Assembly (NCBI GenBank): GCA_040216635.1
Contig: JAVJOU010000003.1
Location: 87,175 to 119,174, forward strand
Direction: 5' to 3'
DNA from: Rhodospirillales bacterium
GTDB taxonomy: Bacteria; Pseudomonadota; Alphaproteobacteria; Rhodospirillales; Casp-alpha2
Length of the DNA stretch: 32,000 nucleotides
Both the position numbers and the translations under genes were made by a program. A model generated the notes under the pieces. The model worked only from the letters and a program-made list of their open reading frames with translations, searched no databases and was not told where the DNA came from. This document shows, piece by piece, positions 15,924 through 23,421 of the stretch (its first letter is position 1; each line of letters starts with the position of its first letter).

Positions 15924-17147
15924 ATGGCAAAGGTTAGAAAGCGCAAATGGGAGTCCGGCGGCAAAACCCGCGAGGCTTGGGTGGTCGATTATTTCGACCA
16001 AAACCGAAAGCGCCACATTGAGACGTTCAAGACGAAGCGCGCCGCCGATGATCGGTTGCATGAAATCGCGGGCGAGGTTCGCGCCGGGACGCATACCGCC
16101 GCAAGCGAAAGTGTGACGGTAAAGGAAGCCGCCGCCGATTGGATCACGCGCGCGGAATTGAACGAGCGCGAACAATCGACCATCGACCAATACCGCCAAC
16201 ACGTAAACCTCCATATCGTGCCGTTGATCGGCAATGAAACGTTGGCGCGGTTGACGGTGCCCGCCGTCGAAGCCTTCCGGGATAAGCTGCTGGATCGTGC
16301 GTCGGCCAAGCGGCCCGATGATAAGATTTCACGCGCCACGGCCAAGAAGGTACTGGCGAGCCTGAAAGGCATTCTCAGGGAAGCGCAGAGGCGCGGGAAG
16401 GTGGCTCAGAACGTCGCCGCCGACGTGCGAGTGGAAATGTCGAAACGCAACCGCCGTAGCTTGGAAATCGGGCGGGACATTCCTTCCCGCGACGAAGTGA
16501 AAGCGATCATTGATGCCTCAGAGGGTCGATGGCGCCCTCTGATTATCACGGCGATATTCTCGGGCTTGCGCGCCAGTGAATTGCGCGGGCTGCTTTGGGA
16601 TCACGTCGATTTTGAAGGCAAGGTTATTCACGTCCGGCAACGGGCAGACCGCTATGGCGAAATTGGCAACCCGAAATCGGAAACCAGCCGCCGCGATGTT
16701 CCGATTCCCGATATTGTGGTGAACACCCTAAAGGAATGGCGCTTGCAGTGCCCGAGGCACGGGAAGTCGGAAACCAGTCCGGGCGAATTGTGGCTGGTAT
16801 TCCCGAACGGCCTAGGCAAGATCGAGTCTCACGCGAACATCTATAACCGGGGTTTGGTCCCTGCCCAGATCGCCGCCGCCGTCACCGTGGATACGGGCGA
16901 AGTGGATAAGGACGGAAACCCCATCCTGGCCCCCAAGTATGCGTTGCACGCCTTCCGCCACTTCTACGCATCTTGGCTTATCAACCGAAAGAAGGACGGG
17001 GGCCTTGAGCTTCCGGCAAAAACCGTGCAATCCCGCCTTGGTCATTCATCTATTCAGATCACCATGGACCTATACTCGCACCTGTTCCCCGCCGACGACG
17101 GCCACCACAAGGAATTGTCAGATGGGGCGCGGCTACTACTCGGGTAA
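15924..17147 (+). CDS. int: Tyrosine-type site-specific integrase (phage integrase family)
   Basis: Catalytic pattern: ...GLRASELRGL..., HAFRHFYAS (H-x-x-R) and GHSSIQITMDLYSHL (Tyr). The N-terminal arm-binding-type domain is MAKVRKRKWESGGKTREAWVVDYFD. An aggag RBS is present. Confidence 0.9.
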   Translation: MAKVRKRKWESGGKTREAWVVDYFDQNRKRHIETFKTKRAADDRLHEIAGEVRAGTHTAASESVTVKEAAADWITRAELNEREQSTIDQYRQHVNLHIVPLIGNETLARLTVPAVEAFRDKLLDRASAKRPDDKISRATAKKVLASLKGILREAQRRGKVAQNVAADVRVEMSKRNRRSLEIGRDIPSRDEVKAIIDASEGRWRPLIITAIFSGLRASELRGLLWDHVDFEGKVIHVRQRADRYGEIGNPKSETSRRDVPIPDIVVNTLKEWRLQCPRHGKSETSPGELWLVFPNGLGKIESHANIYNRGLVPAQIAAAVTVDTGEVDKDGNPILAPKYALHAFRHFYASWLINRKKDGGLELPAKTVQSRLGHSSIQITMDLYSHLFPADDGHHKELSDGARLLLG

Positions 17148-17169
17148 TTGCGACAAGAATGCAACAAAA
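17148..17169 (+). repeat. Tandem 11-mers ttgcgacaaga + atgcaacaaaa (candidate integrase arm-type sites)
   Basis: Starts immediately after the int stop codon and ends 38 nt before the attR core. Same motif as the attL-proximal copies. Confidence 0.55.
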
Positions 17170-17207
17170 AGGCCCAAAAGCCGCAGAAATACTAGCCTGA
17201 AAACAGT

Positions 17208-17253
17208 ATCATAATCCGCGTGTCGGGGGTTCGAGTCCCTCCTCCGCTACCAA
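17208..17253 (+). repeat. attR core: 46-bp direct repeat (displaced original 3' part of tRNA-Met)
   Basis: Identical to 1583-1628. No 5' half of a tRNA lies upstream, so this is not a gene. Confidence 0.85.
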
Positions 17254-17276
17254 TATCGGCAGTGATGCCAAAAAAA

Positions 17277-17305
17277 CCGACCACGGCGGCGCCTTGGTCG
17301 GTTTT
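17277..17305. terminator. Bidirectional rho-independent terminator (native tRNA terminator and end of the convergent SRPBCC gene)
   Basis: aaaaaa-ccgacca...tggtcgg-tttt: a stem flanked by an A-run and a T-run. Confidence 0.65.
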
Positions 17306-17358
17306 GTCTTGGTTGGCGGCGATAGAGTGCCGCTGCGTCCATTCGATATTCGGTGGCG

Positions 17359-17838
17359 TCAGGCCGTTTTCAATGTACCCGCGTATTCCACCAATTGATC
17401 AACCACGGTGCCCCAGCCGTCGTAGAAGCCCATGTCTTCGTGCTGTTTTCGGGCGTTCGGTGAACGGTGGCGGGCAATCGCCGTGTATTCGGTTCTGCCG
17501 TCGCCTTTGTCCGCCAACAGCAGGATCGCGGTCAAAAACGGTTCCGGCGCGGGTTTCCAGCCCTCCGAGTAGGCATCCGTGAAGACGAGTTTCTCGCCTT
17601 CGACGACGTCCAGGTAGACGCCGTTGTTTTCCATTGCGTTGCCTTCGACTTCGAATGTCGTGTTGAACCGTCCGCCGATACGTAAATCGATGTCGCAAGA
17701 GACGACGCGATGGGGGCGGGGAACAAAAAAATTCTTTATGTGATCGGGGGTTGTCCAGCATTCCCAGATCAACGCGCGCGGAACCTCCAGCACGCGGGTG
17801 AAACTGAGGTCGGTTTCGGGGTCGAGATGGTCAATCAT
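17359..17838 (-). CDS. SRPBCC/AHSA1-family protein (activator of Hsp90 ATPase homolog-like)
   Basis: FTRVLEVPRALIWECWTTPDHIKNFF...GGRFNTTFE...NNGVYLDVVEGEKLVFT fits the pattern. Start set at the internal ATG at 17838, which forms an ATGA overlap with the arsR-family stop. Confidence 0.75.
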   Translation of the reverse strand: MIDHLDPETDLSFTRVLEVPRALIWECWTTPDHIKNFFVPRPHRVVSCDIDLRIGGRFNTTFEVEGNAMENNGVYLDVVEGEKLVFTDAYSEGWKPAPEPFLTAILLLADKGDGRTEYTAIARHRSPNARKQHEDMGFYDGWGTVVDQLVEYAGTLKTA

Positions 17839-18191
17839 TCCCGGGGCTCCTTTGAGTTTCTGGTTTTTGCAAGTTGGGTGACATAGTCGTCGAACCGGTC
17901 CAATCGGCCCTCCCAGAGGTCGCGCTGTTCCTCGAGCCAGGATCGAACCGGTGCAAGGGCTTCTGGTTGAAGGCGGCAATGGCGGATTCGGCCTTTCTTC
18001 TTGCTGATGACAAGGCCGGCCTGCTCCAATTTTCGCAGATGGCCCATAAAGCTCGGCAGGGCCATGCGGTGCGGTTCGGCAAGTTCGCTGACCGTTGCTT
18101 CGCCAAGGGCCAGGCGCGACAACACGGCCCGCCGGGTCGGATCGCCCAGGGCCGTAAAAAGATGATCGAGTGTCGAATAATGGTTAGTCAT
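17835..18191 (-). CDS. ArsR/SmtB-family transcriptional regulator
   Basis: LFTALGDPTRRAVLSRLALGEATVSELAEPHRMALPSFMGHLRKLEQAGLV is the canonical winged-HTH ArsR pattern. Confidence 0.85.
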   Translation of the reverse strand: MTNHYSTLDHLFTALGDPTRRAVLSRLALGEATVSELAEPHRMALPSFMGHLRKLEQAGLVISKKKGRIRHCRLQPEALAPVRSWLEEQRDLWEGRLDRFDDYVTQLAKTRNSKEPRE

Positions 18192-18234
18192 ATGGCTAAG
18201 TATATGAATTCCTGATCTCGGCGCAAGATAAAAG

Positions 18235-18250
18235 TTAGCTTATTAGCTAA
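18235..18250. promoter_or_regulatory. Palindrome TTAGCT-tatt-AGCTAA in the arsR-family/MFS divergent region (operator candidate)
   Basis: Perfect 6-bp inverted arms, seen directly in the sequence, between two divergent genes. Confidence 0.35.
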
Positions 18251-18327
18251 GTGTTTTCCGGAACATATAAGGCCCGCAGAGGCCGTTGATTTTTTGGCCC
18301 CTCCAAGAATAAGTTTGTATACAATCT

Positions 18328-19971
18328 GTGACGCTGGGAGGCAGGCTGGAGCGATCGAGAGTCGCCACAAGAAGCATTCCGGTGCGTCCGACAACACTGG
18401 AAGCCACAGACTTGCAATCAGACAACCCCGCCATCACCAGACAGTTCGACCGGTTCGGCCCGTCCTACCGCTGGTGGGTGACGGCCTGCGGCATGTTGGG
18501 TTCGATGACCATGGTGCTGTCGTCGACCATCGTCAACGTGTCCATCCCGTCGATCATGGGGGCCTTCGGTGTGGGCCAGGACCTGGCGCAATGGGCCTCG
18601 ACGGCGTTTCTGACGACCATGGTCGCGAGTCAGCTGCTTAATTCATTCACGTCGCGAACCATGGGCCCCCGGAATACCTGCCTGATGGCGTTGGTCGTGT
18701 TCACGGCGGGGGCCGTGCTGTCGGCGATCAGCCCGACCATCGAAATCCTGATCCTGGGCCGCATCATGCAGGGCTTCGCCGCCGGGTTGGTGCAGCCCCT
18801 GACCCTGGCCACGGCGGTTGCCGTGTTTCCGCCGGAACGGCGCGGCCTTGCCGTCGGCACGGTCGGCATGGGGATCGCCCTGGCGCCCACGTTCGGCCCG
18901 CTTGTGGGCGGGGTGACCATCGACCTTGTGTCCTGGCGCCATGTGTTCATCGTGCCGCTGCCGCTGGTTGCCCTGTCGGCGATCATGGCTTTGACCTTCA
19001 TGCCCGCGCGCAATCCGCTGGACAAGCGGCCTGACTTCGACTGGGTCGGCTTTTTGCTGCTGGTCACGGCTTTGGGTACGTTAATGGCGACCATCGGTAA
19101 CGGTCAGCGCTGGGGCTGGCAATCGCCCAAGCTGTTGATCTTCGGAACGGTCGGCGTGCTGTCGGCCGTGGCCTTCGTGATGACCCAACTGCGGTCCAAG
19201 AACCCCTTGTTGGATCCGACCCTGTTCCTGGACGCCCGGTTCGCATCGGCCGTGGCGGTCGCCTTCGCCTTCGGGTTGGGGAATTTTTCGACCAATTATT
19301 CCATTCCGCTGTTCACCCAGACGATCCAGGGGTTCACGGCCACCAAGGCCGGGTTGGTCCTGGTGCCGGCGGGTCTGCTGCTGGTTATGATGATGCAGGC
19401 GTCCGGGCGTCTGGCGGATCAGGTGCCGCCCCATTGGCCGATCATCGTCGGCTGCGCCACGTTTTCCGTGGCGGCCATGTTCCTGGCGACCATCGATGTC
19501 AACACGGCCTTTCTGACCGTGGCCTTGCTGGCCATGTGGACGCGCGGTTCCATGAGCCTGATTTCACCGAACATGGGCAAGGCGGCGTTGTCCGCCGTGC
19601 CGGCGGAGAAAATGGCCCAGGGGGCGGGGACCTTTAATTTCTTCCGCCAGATGGGCGGGGCCTTCGGCGTCAACATGACCGCCGTGACGATTGAAATGCG
19701 TACGGCCTATCACGCCGATTTTCTGACCGCGACCCAAACCAACGTGAAGGGGCCGACCGCGGAAATGCTGGACAAGGTCCGCGATCTGTTGAACGCGGGC
19801 GGTGTGCCGGCACCGGCCGACGGGGCCATGGCGTTGGATTTCCTGGGGCGTGTGCTTTACGCCCAGGCCAATACCTTCGCATTCCATGATTCGTTCCGGC
19901 AGATCGCCCTGATCTTCGCGCTGACCTTGATCCCGGCGTTCGTCCTGGGGCGGGCACGGTCGAAGGAATGA
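18328..19971 (+). CDS. MFS transporter, DHA2 (EmrB/QacA-like, 14-TMS) family
   Basis: LSSTIVNVSIPSIMGAFG..., GRIMQGFAAG and many TM segments, with length typical of DHA2. The start (GTG at 18328) is uncertain. Confidence 0.8.
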   Translation: MTLGGRLERSRVATRSIPVRPTTLEATDLQSDNPAITRQFDRFGPSYRWWVTACGMLGSMTMVLSSTIVNVSIPSIMGAFGVGQDLAQWASTAFLTTMVASQLLNSFTSRTMGPRNTCLMALVVFTAGAVLSAISPTIEILILGRIMQGFAAGLVQPLTLATAVAVFPPERRGLAVGTVGMGIALAPTFGPLVGGVTIDLVSWRHVFIVPLPLVALSAIMALTFMPARNPLDKRPDFDWVGFLLLVTALGTLMATIGNGQRWGWQSPKLLIFGTVGVLSAVAFVMTQLRSKNPLLDPTLFLDARFASAVAVAFAFGLGNFSTNYSIPLFTQTIQGFTATKAGLVLVPAGLLLVMMMQASGRLADQVPPHWPIIVGCATFSVAAMFLATIDVNTAFLTVALLAMWTRGSMSLISPNMGKAALSAVPAEKMAQGAGTFNFFRQMGGAFGVNMTAVTIEMRTAYHADFLTATQTNVKGPTAEMLDKVRDLLNAGGVPAPADGAMALDFLGRVLYAQANTFAFHDSFRQIALIFALTLIPAFVLGRARSKE

Positions 19972-20018
19972 GTGGCGGGCGGTGGTCCCGGTATGAGCCC
20001 TAAAGCCGGCCGCAGCCG

Positions 20019-22082
20019 CTATTTCCCGACCAATTCGGCGACGATGGGCAGGACCACCCGCACGGTGGTGCCGCGGCCGATGCGGCTGTCGATCTGAAGT
20101 TCCCCACCGTGTGCCTGGGCCAGGGCCTTGGCGATGGACAGTCCCAGGCCCGTGCCCATCTGCGCGATATGGGGGTCCGAGTGCAGCTGTTGGAATGGCT
20201 CGATCACGCTTTCCAGTTTTTCGTCGGGAATGCCGTTGCCCGTGTCGATGACTTCCAGCACGTGGCGGCCCGGCTCTTCGCGTGCGGCCAAGGTCACCAG
20301 CCCGCCTGGCGGCGTGAATTTCACGGCATTGAACAACAGGTTCAACACCACCTGTTTGACCCCGCGTTCATCGGCCAAAATCTGGGATGTGTCCTTGGCG
20401 ACCTTGATGTCGAAATAAATCTGGCTGCAGTCGGTGGCGCCGGTGACGACGCGCAGGCAATCGTCGAACATGGCCTGGATATCGATATGGGACCGGTTCA
20501 GGGGATTGCGCCCGGCTTCGATCTTGGAAAGGTCCAGGATGTCGTCGACCAGCGACAGCAGGTGCTTGCTCGACTGCATGATGTCGCCGGCGTATTCGTG
20601 ATATTTGTCCGAGCCCAGGGGGCCGAAGTACTGCCGGGTGATCATTTCCGAAAAGCCGATGATGGCGTTCAGCGGCGTGCGCAATTCATGGCTCATGGAG
20701 GCCAGAAAGTTGGATTTGGTCTTGCTTGCCTGTTCGGCTTCCATCTTGGCGGAATACAGGTTTTCCAGGACCAGGTTGTATTGCCGGGCGATGTCGCCGA
20801 TGTCCGAACTGGGTTCCACGGGGATGGGCTTGGAATAATCCCCGGTCAGGCGCTGCACTTCCATGGATCGCAGGATGTCCAATTGTTCGGTCGATTGATT
20901 GTGCTCGCTCACGTTCAGGCCGATGCGTTCCGCTTCGGGCGAAACCCGTAAGGGCACAAACCGGTTAATCAGGCGCAGCAGGATATAACTGATGCCGAAT
21001 GCCCAGACCGCGGCCGTCAGCACCCCGCTGCCTTGGGCCATGAACTGTTCCCATCGGTTCAGCCCGGTGCCGATAAGGTCAAGGTCGCCCAGAAGGGCGA
21101 CCGCCATTGTCCCCCACACCCCGGCAACGCCGTGAACGGGGAAGGCATAGACCACATCGTCAAGCTTCAGCCGGTCCATCAGCAGCGAGGTCAGGATGCA
21201 CAATCCGCCGCCGACCGCGCCGATGGTCACGGCCCCTGCGGTCGATACGCAATGGGCGGCCGGTGTGATGGCGACCAGTCCCGCAAGGGCCCCGTTGAGC
21301 ATGCTGGGAACGTCCATGCGTTTCATGGTGACAGGGCCCAAAACCATTACCCCCAGGCCGCCGAACGCCCCGGCCATCACCGTGTTGAGAACGATCAGGG
21401 GAACCTGGTCCGATGCGGCGAGCGTGCTGCCGCCGTTGAACCCGATCCATCCGACCCAGATGATGAACACGCCGAGGGCCGCCAGCGGCAGAGAATGGCT
21501 GCGGAACGGTGCGCCCGTACCGCTATTGTACCGCCCGGTCCTGGGGCCGACGATCATGACGGCGGCCAGACTGACCCAGCCGGCGACGGAATGAACGACC
21601 GTGCCCCCCGCGAAATCGACAAAGCCGAGGGCGGCCAGCCAGCCCGGATCGCCGCCGAATGCGCCGCCCCAGGCCCAATGGCCGAACACGGGATAAATGG
21701 GCAGCGCCACGACCAGGCTGATCAGCAGATAGCCCGTATAGCGCGCCCGTTCAGCGATGGCGCCGGAAACGATCGTCGTGGCGGTGCCGCAGAACATCAA
21801 TTGAAAGACGAAAAACGCCGCTGATTGCGGATCGGTCATGGAGAACAGAAAATTCTCCGAGCCGTAAAGGCCGCTTGCGCTGGCGCCGAACATGATCCCG
21901 AACCCGACCATCCAGAACACCCCGGCCGAAATGCAGAAGTCGGCGAAGTTCTTGGCGGCGACGTTGATTGAATTCTTGGAGCGGACGGAGCCGCTTTCCA
22001 GGCAACAGAATCCAGCCTGCATCATGAATACTAATGCGGATGCGGTCAGCACCCAGACGATATCGATCCTGGTTGCGTCCAT
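20019..22082 (-). CDS. Ammonium transporter (Amt) domain fused to a sensor histidine kinase (HisKA + HATPase_c)
   Basis: The N-terminus (DIVWVLTASALVFMMQAGFCCLESGSVRSKNSINV...) is Amt-like, with AGGTVVH and FPVHGVAGVWG. The C-terminus has H-box SHELRTPLN, N box LLFNAVKFT, and G boxes DTGNGIP and GTGLGLSIA. Start set at MDATR (22082). Confidence 0.85.
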   Translation of the reverse strand: MDATRIDIVWVLTASALVFMMQAGFCCLESGSVRSKNSINVAAKNFADFCISAGVFWMVGFGIMFGASASGLYGSENFLFSMTDPQSAAFFVFQLMFCGTATTIVSGAIAERARYTGYLLISLVVALPIYPVFGHWAWGGAFGGDPGWLAALGFVDFAGGTVVHSVAGWVSLAAVMIVGPRTGRYNSGTGAPFRSHSLPLAALGVFIIWVGWIGFNGGSTLAASDQVPLIVLNTVMAGAFGGLGVMVLGPVTMKRMDVPSMLNGALAGLVAITPAAHCVSTAGAVTIGAVGGGLCILTSLLMDRLKLDDVVYAFPVHGVAGVWGTMAVALLGDLDLIGTGLNRWEQFMAQGSGVLTAAVWAFGISYILLRLINRFVPLRVSPEAERIGLNVSEHNQSTEQLDILRSMEVQRLTGDYSKPIPVEPSSDIGDIARQYNLVLENLYSAKMEAEQASKTKSNFLASMSHELRTPLNAIIGFSEMITRQYFGPLGSDKYHEYAGDIMQSSKHLLSLVDDILDLSKIEAGRNPLNRSHIDIQAMFDDCLRVVTGATDCSQIYFDIKVAKDTSQILADERGVKQVVLNLLFNAVKFTPPGGLVTLAAREEPGRHVLEVIDTGNGIPDEKLESVIEPFQQLHSDPHIAQMGTGLGLSIAKALAQAHGGELQIDSRIGRGTTVRVVLPIVAELVGK

Positions 22083-22354
22083 GGTGTCTATCCCGCGTCC
22101 CGCATCGCATGTGTCGGCACCTGGTCGTGTCCGTGCGTGATCCCTGCCGGGATATCGCAAACTGAATTGCTCAACAAAGCCTCCCCCTGATGGCTTTTGA
22201 AAGAAATGCTGCGTTGCAACATAAATCGATCTTATGCCTCCCGATCAGGCCTGATCAAGTCTCAATAACCCGTTCTATGGAATGAACTGCAACCGCAGGT
22301 CTATGGCGCGGCCCCTATGCGTGCCGGTCCAAACCGATTGGCACGGGATAAAAT

Positions 22355-22369
22355 TTTCGCTATGCGAAA
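22355..22369. promoter_or_regulatory. Palindrome TTTCGC-tat-GCGAAA upstream of the IclR-family gene (operator candidate)
   Basis: Perfect 6-bp inverted arms about 120 bp upstream of the ATG at 22489. Confidence 0.3.
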
Positions 22370-22488
22370 CTAAATTCCGAAAATTGACGATAGTATTCCG
22401 CCGTGACAAAGTGCGTTCCTTCGCGGCCAGGTGTATGAGGCCGCGCGATAATGGGAGGCGGTGTGCGCCCGCACGCCGAATCAAGAAA

Positions 22489-23334
22489 ATGACCGGCCTT
22501 GCTAACCGTGGCGTTACGCCGCTGGACGACGTTCCTGAAATTTCCGAGCCTGAAGACCGGCAGTTCGTGACCGCCCTTGCACGCGGTCTCAGCGTGCTGC
22601 GCGCCTTTCAACCGGGAGACGGCGTGCTTGGAAACGGTGAATTGGCGGAACGTACGGGGCTGCCCAAGCCGACCGTGTCGCGCCTGACCCACACGCTGAC
22701 GCGACTGGGTTATCTGGCCCATGCGGAACGATTGGGAAAATACAGGCTGGGTCCGGGCGTGTTGTCGCTGGGCTATTCACTGCTTGCCAATATGGACATC
22801 CGCAAAATCGCCTGGCCCTACATGCAGGAGTTGGCCAACGCGTCCGGATTGTCCCTGGCCTTAGGTGCGCGTGACCGCCTGAACATGGTTTATCTGGAAC
22901 ATGCCCGCGATGCCGGGTCCGTGACCTTGCGTTTGGATATCGGCTCGCACGTTCCCATCGCCACATCGGCCATGGGCCGCGCTTTCCTTGCAGCCATTCC
23001 AGAAGATGAACGGGCGTATCTGATGACTGCGATGGAAGAACGCGCCGGTCCCGCCTGGCCGGGCATGGCCCGCGGGATCGATCGCGCCATCAAACAGGTG
23101 CGCGAACAGGGGTTCTGTACCTCGTTCGGTGAATGGCAGCACGACGTGAACGCGGTCGGCGTGCCGCTGCGATCCATGGACGGGGCGACGATCATGGCCG
23201 TCAACTGTGGCGGTCCGGCCTTTATGCACAAACCCGACCGTTTGGAAGGGGAATGGGGGCCGCGTCTGGTGAACATGGTGCAGACGATCCAATCTGAAAT
23301 GCAAAGCGGTTTCGCCGCCCAGGGGCGCTGGTAG
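22489..23334 (+). CDS. IclR-family transcriptional regulator
   Basis: LARGLSVLRAFQPGDGVLGNGELAERTGLPKPTVSRLTHTLTRLGYL is an IclR HTH, followed by an effector domain (...GSHVPIATSAMGRAFLA...). Start set at the internal ATG at 22489. Confidence 0.85.
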   Translation: MTGLANRGVTPLDDVPEISEPEDRQFVTALARGLSVLRAFQPGDGVLGNGELAERTGLPKPTVSRLTHTLTRLGYLAHAERLGKYRLGPGVLSLGYSLLANMDIRKIAWPYMQELANASGLSLALGARDRLNMVYLEHARDAGSVTLRLDIGSHVPIATSAMGRAFLAAIPEDERAYLMTAMEERAGPAWPGMARGIDRAIKQVREQGFCTSFGEWQHDVNAVGVPLRSMDGATIMAVNCGGPAFMHKPDRLEGEWGPRLVNMVQTIQSEMQSGFAAQGRW

Positions 23335-23421
23335 TTCGCCGCATGAAGGCACCGAACGAATAATCACCAACCATCAAAAGACCAGGAACTGGCTTTAAAC
23401 GTCCAAAGCGTGGAGGAAATC

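Larger units (their letters stand above)
1583..17253 (+). mobile_element. tRNA-Met-integrated integrative element (~15.6 kb), phage-satellite-like or chimeric prophage-derived island
   Basis: Perfect 46-bp att repeats. Tyrosine integrase at the right end and an AlpA/Xis-like HTH at the left end. Primase and a partial phage structural set are present. Repeated 11-mers occur next to both att cores. Confidence 0.8.

Noticed and set aside
17208-17253. Second tRNA-Met gene
   Set aside because: Only the 3' 45 nt of the tRNA plus one flanking base are present. Upstream sequence cannot form the acceptor, D or anticodon 5' strands. This is the attR duplicate, not a gene.
17839-17979. N-terminal extension of the SRPBCC ORF (track start at 17979), and similar extensions at 22282 (IclR) and 22160 (Amt-HK)
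   Set aside because: The extensions are Arg/Pro/Cys-rich, overlap the upstream gene or promoter region, and precede internal ATGs. Those ATGs match the normal family N-termini or form operon-type overlaps.
20109-21824. Plus-strand ORFs 20109..20951 (280 aa) and 21033..21824 (263 aa) opposite the Amt-HK gene
   Set aside because: They are antisense shadows of a gene with unmistakable Amt and histidine-kinase motifs, and their composition is non-protein-like.
22214-22224. Copy of the island 11-mer (ttgcaacataa) outside the island, considered as a secondary Int site
   Set aside because: It is a single isolated copy with no att-like context. I treat it as a possible chance match and as a caveat on the arm-site interpretation.
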